Assembly: GCF_009914755.1 (NCBI RefSeq)
Contig: NC_060933.1
Source of the DNA: the human T2T-CHM13v2.0 reference genome, Homo sapiens
Reading direction: 5' to 3' (one strand)
DNA: 64,000 nucleotides
Below are positions 1 through 12,639 of the stretch, in pieces. The notes beneath the pieces were generated by a model. The model saw only the letters and a program-made list of their open reading frames with translations. It ran no database searches and was not told the DNA's origin. Position 1 is the stretch's first letter; every line of letters starts with the position of its first letter. The position numbers were made by a program, and so were the translations under genes.

Positions 1-925
<925 letters not shown>

Positions 926-946
926 CCTTAATATTCTGTTCCTCTA

Positions 947-964
947 GAACCCCTCCTGGTACCA
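947..964 (-). promoter_or_regulatory. Primer binding site complementary to the tRNA-Leu 3' end
   Basis: Minus strand reads TGGTACCAGGAGGGGTTC, 5 nt inside the LTR end; HERV-L is primed by tRNA-Leu. Confidence 0.8.
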
Positions 965-969
965 AAGCC

Positions 970-1415
970 TGTATTAGTCAAGGTTTTTTAGAGGGACAGC
1001 ACTAATAGGATATATATATCCTATATATGAATGAGAGTTTATTAAGTAGTATTAACTCACACAGTCACAAGGTCTCACAATAGGCCTTCTGCAAGCTGAG
1101 GAGCAAGGAAATCAGTCCGGGTGCCAAAGCTGAAGAACTTGGAGTCTGATGTTCAAGGGCAGGAAGCATCCAGCACAGGAGAAAGATGTAGGCTGAGAGG
1201 CTAAACCAGTGTAGCCTTTTCATATTTTTCTGCCTGCTTTATATTCACTGGCAACTGATTAGATGTTGCCCACCCAGATTGAGGGTGGGTCTGCCTTCCT
1301 CAGCCCTGTGACTCAAATGTTAATCTCCTTTGGCAACACCCTTACAGACACACCTAAGATCAATACTTGGCATCTTTCAATCCAATCAAGTTGACGCTCA
1401 GTATTAACCATCACA
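970..1415 (-). mobile_element. MLT2A1-like LTR (5' LTR of the HERV-L provirus)
   Basis: 446 bp, plus strand TGTATTAGTC...GTATTAACCATCACA, matching the reverse complement of the MLT2A consensus; TG...CA termini. Confidence 0.88.
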
Positions 1416-1598
1416 AGCTCCCACTTGTAAGTGGTATTTGGTTGCCTGTTCCTGCATTAGTTTGCTTAGGATAATGGCCTCCAGCTCCGTCTGTGTCATT
1501 GCAAAGGACATATCTCATTCCTTTTTATGACTGCATAGCATTCTATGGAGTATATGTACCACATGTTCTTCATCCAGTCTACTGTTGATGGATATTAG
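1416..1598 (-). mobile_element. Old L1P 3' fragment (host of the HERV-L insertion)
   Basis: AGCTCCCACTT..TTGCTTAGGATAATGGCCTCCAGCTCC..GCAAAGGACAT..TATATGTACCACAT, the antisense of the L1 ORF2 end/3'UTR. Confidence 0.8.
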
Positions 1599-3241
1599 AA
1601 AAGCTTTTCTTTCTATTGTTCTTCCACTACATTTTCCCTTTGCCCTATCTTTGTCAATGAATGGGAGGTTATCTTTAGACTATCTTACTTGAGGGGCCAT
1701 AGCCCAGTTGTGGTTCACATTGCTAGCAGATTTGCTTTTCAAAGCAATTCATATCTGAGGACTGGTTTACATCCACAAGATGCTGGACTATGGCACAGCC
1801 ATTTAAATAAGCAAAATGGATCTCACCAAACCCTATTCAACCCTGTTGATTTACAGCACTCATGACAATGACAGAGATGCTCACATTTTCTAGGACAACT
1901 TGTGTATAAACAGAGCCTACATCACTCTCTTCATCTTCAGCTCTTACTCCATCTCTCTTTCACTTTGTCTTTACCTCTCCCTCTCTCTGTTATAATTTAC
2001 CTGGTGCATTTTGCCACAAACTGGTTTAAGAGAAAAATTTACTGGATTGAAACAGCACTTCTTATGCAAGCTTCAAACATTCAGCAAAGTTAATTAGGCT
2101 GTAGAAACCAAGACTGAAAGCCAAGGCAGTTAAGCCATAGCCATTGAGTTCTGGAATCAGGGAAATCTCTCTTAGGTATTTAAGCACTTTAGTTTCATGA
2201 GGAGGGCTTAAAGACAAAGTGGGCTGTGTATTTCCACTTAGTCACTTTGCGGTGAGCTTGATCACTTTAATGTGGCAGGATATGGGGTCACTCAAAGTGA
2301 GTAATGAGATGTATTCAAACAACATAAGCTTAAATATATATCTGGCCACAAAGGTTCCCCAGACCCCAAGGGTCAGTTTTCTCTCCTTTGTGGCCAAGTT
2401 GGCTTTGAGTTATTGTTATAAAATGCCTATTTTAAACAGTAAATAAGTGATCATACTAAACAGCTGCAGGGCACGGCCTAGAAAAAAAGATTGACAGAGC
2501 AGCTGTCAGCTCTGCCTTCTATCACTGTGCTGGTCTCAAATCCAATGTGCCTGTTTAAATGGGACACATTAGCAGCTTTCTAGTGACTGATAAGATTGCC
2601 ACACAGTAATTTAGAACATATGGTGCCTCTCTACTGGAGACAGATCAGATTTCAGAAGATGAAATTTATTAGGAATGGGGTGATAGCCTGGGCATTCCCT
2701 TAGTAGCAAATAGTTTACACTATTGAAAACACAGAAAAGGAATTGAGGACATGCTAGAGTACTAGACAGTGCAGAATGTTATCATTCTACTTTTAGGGGG
2801 AGACGTTGCTGGACATTTGTTTCTAATGGTAAATTTACTAAGTCACCTTATATCAGATTATTTTTCATTTGGAAAGTCACCAAAATGAAACCTTTTAATT
2901 ATATGGATGTGATGCAACTTCCACCCAATATTCTGAAAGAAGAGTGTAACTAGACTTTTATAGTTTGTTGTGGAAGCTTGAGACTCTGACTTAGTAGGCA
3001 AATGGGGTGTCATAGCGTCTCTTTTTGTACCCTTGGAATATGATGAAAAAGAAATGAAAATATGTACATGACAGCCATGGAAACTTGGGGCCAAAATTAT
3101 CTTGGGAGAAACTTGTTCTGGTCCTGGCATGTATCTATTGCCAGAATGCTTCTTGTCCTAGCCTCACTGGTAAAAATGTGTGATCGTCCTATGCCAGTTA
3201 AAGCAAATTATTTTGTGTGCTTTCTGGTTATCGAGATAAAG

Positions 3242-3481
3242 CAGAGGTTGGTAAACTGTACCCAGGGGCTGGCCACCTGTTTTGTGTCTGTGTGTGTTCC
3301 AATAAAACTTTATTTATGGGCATGAAAATTTGAATTTTAACTAATTTTTGCATGTCATGAAACATTATTCTTCTTTTGATTTTTTCCAATCATTAAAAAC
3401 ACATAAAATCAATCTTAGCTCATGAGACAGTAGAAAAACAAGTTGTATGTAGGCTGGATTTGGCTAGAAAGTTTGCTCACC
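3242..3481. mobile_element. MER58B-like hAT-Charlie MITE
   Basis: CAGAGGTTGGTAAAC...AGTTTGCTCACC termini; internal TTCCAATAAAACTTTATTTATGG. Confidence 0.7.
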
Positions 3482-3919
3482 AAGAGAGACAGAAAAAGCA
3501 AACTTGCTCTGACCCACCTCTCCTTCCAGTCCCATGTATTCACCCCTCTTTTTTTATTACCAAAATTATCCTCATTTATTTTTATTGCTTTTGACGTGGT
3601 TTCCCATTACATAAATAACTCTATGTCCTCTTTTAAGGGAGGAAACTTTCCATTCAACCTCCACTATTATTATTATGTACTAAAATCCCAAATATATTTG
3701 GGTCCATTTATGGATTCACTTCTATTCCGTGGATCTTATTGGTTCTTCGTATCCTAGGGCTAAACTTCAAAAAAGTGTAACAGTTAGTAGCACACTTAGG
3801 CTTATCTTTGTTAATACATCTCTGTGCTAGAATTTTCAGGAGGATTTCCATAGACTGGAAGGCTGATTTAAAAGGCATCTTTACCTGTTTATAAATTCTC
3901 CCAAAATTGCCCTCTAGAA

Positions 3920-4105
3920 GGTGGCCACCCCTCTTTGTAAATAAACTTTTATTGGAACACAGCTCTACTCATTCAATCACATGCTAACTACAATTACTTT
4001 GGCACTACAGTGTCAAAGTTGAGCAGTTGCAGTTGAGGTCATGTGGCTCCACAAGCCTGAAATATTTACAATCTAGTTCCTTAAAGAAAAGTTTGCTGAC
4101 TCCTG
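3920..4105. mobile_element. MER58A-like hAT-Charlie MITE fragment
   Basis: TTTGTAAATAAACTTTTATTGGAACACAGC...AAAAGTTTGCTGACTCCTG. Confidence 0.75.
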
Positions 4106-4812
4106 AGATAAAAGGGATTTCATTGTGTTAATAGTTGTATACCTTTTGCTAGAGAATGCATTGATTTTCTTCAGTAAGGAGAGCATATCTGAAACAGTAG
4201 CTGCAAGTAGATATTCTTCCCGATCAAGCAAACCATCTCCAGCATCAGCCAAACTGGTGAGTTAGGTGGGTATGTAGTGAGATCAGCATCCCTGCACGTT
4301 TCAGAGTTTTTGATGGTGACCTTTAACTCTGCATTTCTCCTAGTGGTGGAGTATTTACCATTTTGGCAGAAAGAAAGAGTCCTAAGGATTTCCATTTAGT
4401 CCTTCCTATCATAAACAGCCACTACTCCAGGACAGAAAGTCTTTGCAGGGATTCTACCAACTGATACGTGTATCTATCAAAAGTATGCCCTTACAAACTG
4501 CGGAAATAACCACAGAATGTATTTAAGGTCTTAATGAGCCTGCAATTAAAACTCTACTTACTTTTCAACCACCATAAGCTGCAATCTGACAATGGCATTC
4601 TTAGTTCCAAGAATTTGTATTGCCTTTATCCAGAAAATACTCAATGTTTGGGTATTTTCTTTTCCACCATCTATTTACCCTGATACATATCTTTCAGTCT
4701 CTTTGGAGAATTCTAGGGGGAAGAATCATGGCACTCTCTTATAGCAATCCTTCCTCAAGGGCTAACCTCCCTTTACTCAGCAGGCTCTGTGTCTGCACAT
4801 GGATGGAGGATA

Positions 4813-5348
4813 TGTATTAATCATGTTTTTATTTCCTGTATCTTATAATACTTTGATGTCTTAAAAATTTTGCTGGCTAGGAAAGACTGCCCTTCCCAGA
4901 GCTCGCCAGCCCTTAGAAATTGCCAAGGGTTCATCCCTTTGATATGCCTTTCTTACACAAATCAATAAACTGGGGAGTCTCCACCCCCCAATCATCCAGT
5001 ATATCCACCTTGAAATCCACACACAAAACCAATATCTCCACTGCCCTAAATCAGGACCAAGTGCCAGACAACTAGGCCCACCCCTGCAGCCCAGAGCCTG
5101 CTGTTATTATTCAAACTGTTTCTCCTACCTCACGTTTCCCAAGGAAACTCCAGTAAAGGCCTTGGCCTGGGCTCTCCCCTTTCTCCTACTTTTGCCTCTT
5201 GACTAATCCCATTGCTTCCCCTGTGTCCTAAGAGGAATAGCATGCTCCCCTCTCTCAGGAAGTATTAATATAAGTAATAAAAATCTACTTTCAACGCCAT
5301 TGGCCTCTCTGATGTCATCTTTATAAATTAAGACCTGGGCACAAAACA
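4813..5348 (+). mobile_element. MER74-like ERVL solo LTR
   Basis: TGTATTAATCATGTTTTTATT start, GACTGCCCTTCCCAG and CCAGACAACTAGG..CCCAGAGCC core, ends ..AAAACA. Confidence 0.7.
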
Positions 5349-5953
5349 GGGCTGTGCTTCTATTCTAGTAACTCAGATCAGGCCTCTGTTAGCCAAGTTT
5401 ACTGTTTTGACGGTAACACAAATTAAATAATATCTTAAGGGATTGTCCATCCGTTTCCACCCTATAGCCCCACGACCAATTAACCATCAACAAAGATTCC
5501 TGTGGATCAGAAAATTCTGTTTCTGATGCCAGATTTGTTGTCTAGTGTAGTAACTGCATAACCACATTCTGCTTTCCACATTAAAAATAGAGAACCCATT
5601 TACACTTCAACATGTTGCACTAAATCCTCAGCCTATGGAGAGCAGACACATGAGACTTTACAAAAGTGTTGCTGCTTCTCATACCAATCTATTTATTAAT
5701 AGTATATAGTTAGTATATGCAGATTACACATGATAAATCCACTCCAACATTCTCCTCTTCAAAGACTTTGGATTTCTTCCTCTGTAGAATACTAAGGGAA
5801 TCCTAGCGTCTTAACTTCACTTAATATGGGCATCGTTTAATTCAAATTTCAGACACTAAAGCAAGCAACCAATTGGAACCACTTCTTCATCACTTGAGCT
5901 AGTACATTCAATCCAGAATACTCGCTAAAAGCACCCATATTAATAAGTTAGCA

Positions 5954-6062
5954 CCAGCTACTCAGGAGGCTGAGGCAGGAGAATGGCGTGAACCCGACAG
6001 GTGGAGTTTGCAGTGAGCCGAGAGCGAGATTCCGTCTCAAAAATAAATAAATAAATAAATAA
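5954..6062 (+). mobile_element. 5'-truncated AluY-like right-arm fragment with an internal deletion and (TAAA)n tail
   Basis: AGAATGGCGTGAACCC (Y-type diagnostic); GAGCCGAGA joined directly to GCGAGA. Confidence 0.88.
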
Positions 6063-7114
6063 TTTAACTTTACTTAATGTTGTATTGTTTCTTCCTTAAT
6101 CTAGCTACCTTAAAATCCACTCCTACACAAATTTTCAGACTTCGAAGACCTAAAATTTGGCAAAGTCTTTCAGTGCCTTCCATAGATATTTCGTGATTTG
6201 CAGCTGTTTTGCAACTATGCATCATTAACTGCAAGAACTTTAGCCCCAACCAGGGCATATAAAAATTCTGGATTCCCTTATGTCTTTGAAAGCCAGTTGC
6301 TTGCAACCATTCCTGTTATCAGTTTAGGCATCATTCAGCATTCTGATAAGAAAGCGACAGTGTTAACTCTGACTGATACGGGTAGAAAAGAAAACTATTA
6401 AAAGATACTGCATGTCTCACAGAATTTTTTAAAAGGCTGGAGAACAAAGTTTAGGGATATATAATTAGAAACAATGCCTAAAATCATGTTGCAGAACTGC
6501 TGGTGAGGATGCCCCTGGCCACAGTTCCCAAGATTCGATGCTACATCATCTCCCACAGAGATCTCCAGCCTGGATCCTCGATGCCACCCTGAGCACCGCA
6601 ACTGTTGCTGTTCCTGGAACTCTTCTCAAAACCATCACTCCCTTTGAGGAGCAGCCTCACAGCCTTAGCGAGTCTCCAGTGGATGGCTCTCACTTGTAGA
6701 TTCCAGATTATATTCCCATGAATTTGTTGCTGGTAAGCTTTAACTACTTAAAAACAGTTTCTATTAAAGAAAGTGGTACCTACCCCTCTTCAAGGCTTGT
6801 AATGTGAGGGAACTTCTAAAAACAGAGGAAGAGATCTCAGATGTTGGGTAGCCCAAAAAGCCTAATACTTGTTAACTGCAGAGTGTTTTGTGCACATAGC
6901 CTAGCATCACTATGCATGTAATAGGTGCCTAATAAATGCTCGTGAAGGAAGTCTACCCCATCCCATTGAAGACTGGGAGAATATAGTCCATTTATTTCTC
7001 TCTATTCTACTTTTGGACAATCACATTCATTTTTTTCCTTATGGAACTTGTGCTACAATTCATTTGTTCCTGACATAGAATGCTGATTTTTTAAATATGA
7101 TTTTTAAAGTCTAT

Positions 7115-7540
7115 TCAGAATGTTACAGTTGCAAGGAACTTGAGAGATTAGCAAGACCCACCTTCCATCCAGTGTGATCTTCTAAAGAATCCCTGATAGA
7201 TGATTAAATGGTGTCTGTCAGAAGAGCTAATTTGACAAAAACATTAACTATATCCTAAAACAACCCAATCTATTTCCTAGATGCTTCCAATCATTACTTG
7301 GTTCTTCCTTATACTGAGTTGAAATGTAAATTGCTGTAACTTTCACTTATACAATAATTATGCCCTCCCAAGTAACAAAACAAGTTCCTCTTTTACAAAT
7401 CATCACTTCAAATATAGGGAGAGAGTTTTGACATCCCCCTCCTCCAAATGTCTCCACTTCCTGCCACCCTTTCTCAGGTGATGAGATCCCAAACCTCAGT
7501 CTTGACTTGTCATCCTCTGCAGAATCCCACTAAACTGTCA
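7115..7540 (-). mobile_element. Probable L3/CR1 fragment
   Basis: TTCTTCCTTATACTGAGTTGAAAT..CTGTAACTTTCAC and an AGAATGTTA..GGAACTTGAGAGAT end; highly diverged. Confidence 0.45.
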
Positions 7541-7574
7541 ATACTTCATAAATCGATTTGGACATATGCTTGAC

Positions 7575-7672
7575 AGTAATACTAAACTTTACAGTTTAGT
7601 ATTACAGTTTAGCATAAAGTATACAGTAATACTTTAGTACTGTAATACTAAACTGTAAAGTTTAGTATTACT
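7575..7672. repeat. Perfect 34-bp inverted repeat with nested hairpins
   Basis: 7575-7608 AGTAATACTAAACTTTACAGTTTAGTATTACAGT is the exact reverse complement of 7639-7672. Confidence 0.97.
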
Positions 7673-8549
7673 AAACTATCTAAAATATATTCATTTCTTG
7701 TTTTCATAGGTCTTTCATCAATCCTGAATTCCTGTTGCACTAAGAGCACTGGATTTTGTGTGCTATGTTATAAGAAGAAACAAAGAACTCTTTCCTGGAC
7801 ACTGTCTTGCCTCTCCAGGGGTTTTGTGTTTGCTTGTTTTGTGTCTTACCATATGCTCCAGAAATGGTGGCTTCTTGAGGAAATCAAATTCCATATTTCT
7901 TTGCCTAAGGTAATCTCATAGCTTGAGAGCTAAATTAGAAGCCTCACAAGGAACATTTGTAACGGCTTCTTGGTCAACATTGCAATAATAGGTGTTCAAC
8001 ACAACAAAGGAAGTGAACAGAGAAAGAAAAAAAAATAGTTTTGTGAATGGAAAGCACTAGGAAAAAAGACCTTTTCTTTGTTTTTGTTTTATGGTTTTAT
8101 TTTTTAGTGATTATTGGTTTGCAAAGTTAGAGTGACAAGATGAAATTTTAACATCTGCTAATTTGCTGAAGTGGGGGAAAATATGAGCAGCAATTGGAAG
8201 AGAAGAGGATAAATTTGCTTATTATAGCAAAGTTTGTACAATTTTATAGTGTATTTCAATGAATCCACAGTTAGAAAAGATCTAACTCCTCTTAAAGATA
8301 AATGTGTCTTGAATAAACAAATCTCTTAAGGGATCAGAAGTGAATTGCTGACTTAAATAAGACATGGAAAGTCTATCTCCAGTGATTGTTTAGCTTCTGG
8401 GTAAGGAGTCTTTTGTGTTTAATTTATAATCATTGATATTTCTCAAAAATTTATCTACAGTGATTGAAAGCTAGTCTCTAAAATTCCTGAGCAAATATGC
8501 GAAATTTTACTTCTGCTTCTAAAATAAATAGCAAACATCTAGTTTTACC

Positions 8550-8708
8550 ATGCACTAAATTTTGTTTTAAGTGTGTCTCTATATTAACTCATTTAACCTG
8601 AGACACAGAGAAGTAAACTAACTTGCCCAAAGTCACAGAGCTAGAAACTGGTGGAGTTGGAATTTGAACCCCAGCTGGCTGATTCCAGAATCCATCCTTA
8701 ACCATTAG
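8550..8708 (-). mobile_element. MIR
   Basis: CTGAGACACAGAGAAGTAAACTAACTTGCCCAAAGTCACAGAGCTAG core. Confidence 0.8.
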
Positions 8709-9901
8709 CTATCGTGTCACTTGTGGAAGATCAAATCTTGGTATATTTTACTCGGTTATAAAGAAGAATTGCGCTAGTGATCAACTTTTTTAATACCTGA
8801 GAAAACTGACTTGAGGTATGTCTTCTTAACAATAAGGTGGAGTTTTTGACAGTGCGGCATGAATTATGTGCATCATTTTCCTTTGCCACACCGAATGCCG
8901 AGGAGAGCAAAGTAATGTTACAGCTTACGCTGGGTTCAGGCTCTCTTGGGGCCGAGAACTCGTGTTTACAATTTTCAGTTTGACAACTAATGACTTCCAG
9001 TTTTTCAGACTTGAGACATACGTCACTCCAGAGCTTCTCATTTAGCCATAAAAATTGATAGTAGTTGGTTCGTGTTGTAAGTTAAATAACGATTTATCAA
9101 TTCATATAACTAATTAGAGGTGTCTTTCAGAGATAAAGCCACATATATGTGTCCTGATTTGTCCCAAAAGCCAGACCAAAAGGGCACCATATTGCCACCA
9201 TAAAATGTATTTTATCTTCCTGCCTGTACTGCAATATACATCCCAGCTCTAGTGAGAAAGCCTAGAAGGCGATGTGCACTGTTCCCCATCATAAACACCA
9301 AAAAGACCCATGGAAAAAGAGCAGTAGGAGTCAAATTCAGTCTGAAAAGAGAATGGATGACATAAATTCTGAGCTTTTGAAGAGTTACTTATAGACTTTT
9401 CTTTGTCCATAAGAACTATTTTTACCCACCTAGGACAAGAAGACACAAAGGAAGACTACAGCTTCAAGTTTAAACCAACAAAATCACTTGCCTTAGCATC
9501 TTTGTTGGGACTCAGAGACTGGACCAAAGAAACAGAGATTCCCAGTGTGTGCTACAAGCATGTCAGTGCATAACATTAGCTTGTTCCAGTGCTAGCTGAC
9601 TAACTTAGGAAAATTCATGCCATGTCTCTGCTCCTGGTCTCTTACCTCAGTGATTTACTAAGGTCACATTGCTCATCTTTGCTGTGTCCCCAATTTCTTC
9701 TTTTTATCGTACAAGAAACTAAAAGTATCTCCTTTTACTGGCTCAGAATGTTATAAGGAATTGGATGATACTTGAACTCAACCTTCTCTTTCTCTATTGT
9801 ATTTTGATTTAGATTAGTGACAAAAGACTGATTTTAAGTAATTTTGAGAGCTCCTTCCTGAGGCCTCTCCTCCAATCTCTGACATATGCATAATAGCTCC
9901 A

Positions 9902-10574
9902 TGTCTTAGTCCATTCAGGCTGCCACACAAAATATCTTAGCCTAGGTAATTTATAAACAACAGAAATTTATTGCTCACAGTTCTGGAGGCTAGGCAGTCC
10001 AAGGTCAAGGTTCCAGCAGATTCCATGTCTGGTGAGAGCCCATTCCTGATAGACGGTGACCTCTATGTGTTCTCACATGGCAGAAGGGACAAACAAGTTC
10101 TCTCAAGCCTCTTCTTCTTATTTTTTTTTTTTTTTTAGAGAAGAGTCTCACTCTGTCACCCAGGCTGGAGTGCAGTGATGTGATCTTGGCTCACTGCAAC
10201 CTCCACCTCATGGGTTCAAGCGATTCTCTGCCTCAGCCTCCCAAGTAGCTGGGATTACAGGCATGTGCCACCATGCCCAGCTAACTTTTGTATTTTTTGT
10301 GGAGATGGGGTTTCACCATGTTGGCCAGGCTGGTGCCAAACTCCTGACCTCAGGTGATCCACCTGCCTCGGCCTCCCAAAGTGCTGGGATTACAGGTATG
10401 CACCACCACACCCAGGTTCAAGCTTCTTTTATATGGCACTAATCCCATAGTGACTTCAGGGGTATAAGGGTGAACTAATCACTTCCCGAAGGCCCCACCT
10501 CTTAATACCACCACCTAGATGGTTAGGTTTCAACAAATAAATTTTGGAGGGACACAAACATTCAAACCATACAA
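9902..10574 (-). mobile_element. MLT1A-type MaLR solo LTR, split by an Alu
   Basis: TGTCTTAGTCC..CTCACAGTTCTGGAGGCT..GGAGGGACACAAACATTCAAACCAT; 5-bp TSD ctcca/cttca. Confidence 0.85.
10121..10415 (-). mobile_element. AluS inserted in MLT1A
   Basis: Poly-T followed by antisense Alu body; TSD TCAAGC(C/T)TCTT. Confidence 0.95.
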
Positions 10575-11040
10575 CTTCATTAGATTTTTAAAAATTACTG
10601 TTTCTTACTTCTGATTAATGCTGTTGACTTACACATTTATTCTGCCAATGCACCCTTCAGTAAATGCCAGGATAGCTGACAATCTTATATTAATTTACCA
10701 AGTTTTCCTATTAAAGTATTAGAAGTGAAGGCTGACATGTGATAATCTAATTAAAAACAAGGTATGTTCATATAGACACTGTAGGTAGATAGGTAAACCG
10801 AAAAGAAAGCTGTAAGTCACAGTCTAAAATCCTCCAATATATTTTTGGCATTAGAGGAGAAACTTAATTAACTTTGCCTTCAAGAAGTTTAATTTCTGTC
10901 AGCCCCTGGTGAGTTCAGAATTGCTTAGGGAAAGAGACTGATAACAGCGTTTTCAGAATAAATAAAGGAAGAAATCTTTATTGAAAATTCTCAACAGAAT
11001 TGACTGACTACAAAACAAGTGATCAAAAAGCTTCAAGGAT

Positions 11041-11070
11041 GTGCTTGCTTTGGCAGCACATATACTAAAA
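11041..11070 (+). pseudogene. RNU6: 3'-truncated (tailless) U6 snRNA retrocopy, nt 1-30
   Basis: GTGCTTGCTTTGGCAGCACATATACTAAAA matches U6 nt 1-30 except two CpG transitions; flanked by AAAAAGCTT(C/G)AAGGA direct repeats (11025-11039, 11067-11081). Confidence 0.92.
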
Positions 11071-12639
11071 AGCTTGAAGGAGAAGAAATGTCAGCTTGGA
11101 AACTGATGATTCACCTTACCAATCTGAAGACACTTTGACTATTTGCCTGTTAAGCCACAACACTATGCTAAACCATTTACCTGTGGGTGATGAAAAAGAA
11201 GACAATCAGCCACTCTTTACTATGAAACTTAGTATAACCTCATTGAGGCCAAGATTGGAGAAAGGTCAGTTTATAGAGTGTTTTTCCAGACCTTCCTCAC
11301 TACCCATCATGCTTTAGAAGGCACAATCAAACCAGTTTAGCATCCAGGCATGACCACTGACCCTTGTAGAGAGCATGCTCTGCTCCGAGGGGAAGTTTAC
11401 TCATCAGTAACAAAAGCACAGGAATATCTTCATTGCAGGGTTGCTCTGGCTACTAAATAGAATCTGTAAAATGCTTATCACAGTAGCTGTAGGTGTGAAA
11501 GGAATGATTGTTACTGGTATTGTCATCATTAATATTTTTAGTAAAGGAGGTGAAAATAAAACACCTAAGCCAATCGTTCTGAGTGGAACTACATTCTGGA
11601 ATATTGGAAGACAAGTAAATCGAGATTGAAACAAGTACAATCTATCTGCCACCATCTGTGCACCAATGGGTAGCTCACACATGACTGTTAAAGGAGGGAA
11701 TGCTATCCATGTGAGGAGCCAGTTCTGTTGGCTCGTAGGTGAGTTTTTCCCAGGCAAGGGGAACAGAACAGAAAGAACCTCCAGCAGCAAAGAAAAGAGC
11801 CCTTAGCTTGGCTGCTGTGTAGGCAGGAGCCCTTTTAGTTCAATTTTAAGAAAATTTATTAATAAAATCAGTGGCTACAGCCAGCCAACCCCACTTCCCA
11901 CTGCTACCACCACCACCACCACTACCAGCCTTGCAGCACTCTCTGCTGTGACAGTCTGCACCTGCTCTTCCATCTGCATGGCCTCAGTGTCCACAGACCA
12001 GCATCTCTACTCTATTGATTTTGTGCATTTTGGTATCCCCTGAGGCCATCTGCGGTCACCTCTCTGCCTCAGTTCTCTCCCCAGGTACCAATTATTTTTT
12101 CATAAGGGCTGTAGTTACAAGAGTTTCAGAGGTTTTGAGTGGCCTGCACCTAATCCTAATTTTTCCATAAGCCCTGTTATGTTTGATGCACAGTTTAGCA
12201 AAATGCTCTTTTTTCAGAAATGCATGTAGCGTTTTAATAGCAGAAGTGCCTACAGCTGTTTTCCAGCTAAGGGATTTTCATTACATGAATAGCACATCAT
12301 CTGCAAGAGAAGGCTGAGTGCTAAACATTTATTTCTAAACAAAGCATTTGTCTATAAATACCATATATCAGGTTCCTACTGAGACCAAAGCTCGTGCTAC
12401 TGCTAGAGAGAATCGGAGTGTGAGTTTCATCTCCCCTTTCTAAGACTTTACAAACTGCCAACGCAGGCATGTGGAATATTTGTCCTAAAAAACTGGGCAC
12501 TATCACGCATTTTATGTTCAGTGACAGCTGAGAGATGGGAGTGATCAGTGCTTCTGGCATTTAAAGGAGGAAAGCGGGTGTTCTTATGGTTCCATGGCTA
12601 GGAATATCTTTAGAATAAAAATGCAACTTTAACTGGATC

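Noticed and set aside
7575-7672. Possible MADE1/MITE or CRISPR-like repeat
   Set aside because: No mariner TIR sequence and no repeat-spacer periodicity; eukaryotic context
11404-11790. 128-aa hydrophobic minus-strand ORF
   Set aside because: Non-ATG start, no recognisable domain; composition typical of antisense A-rich DNA
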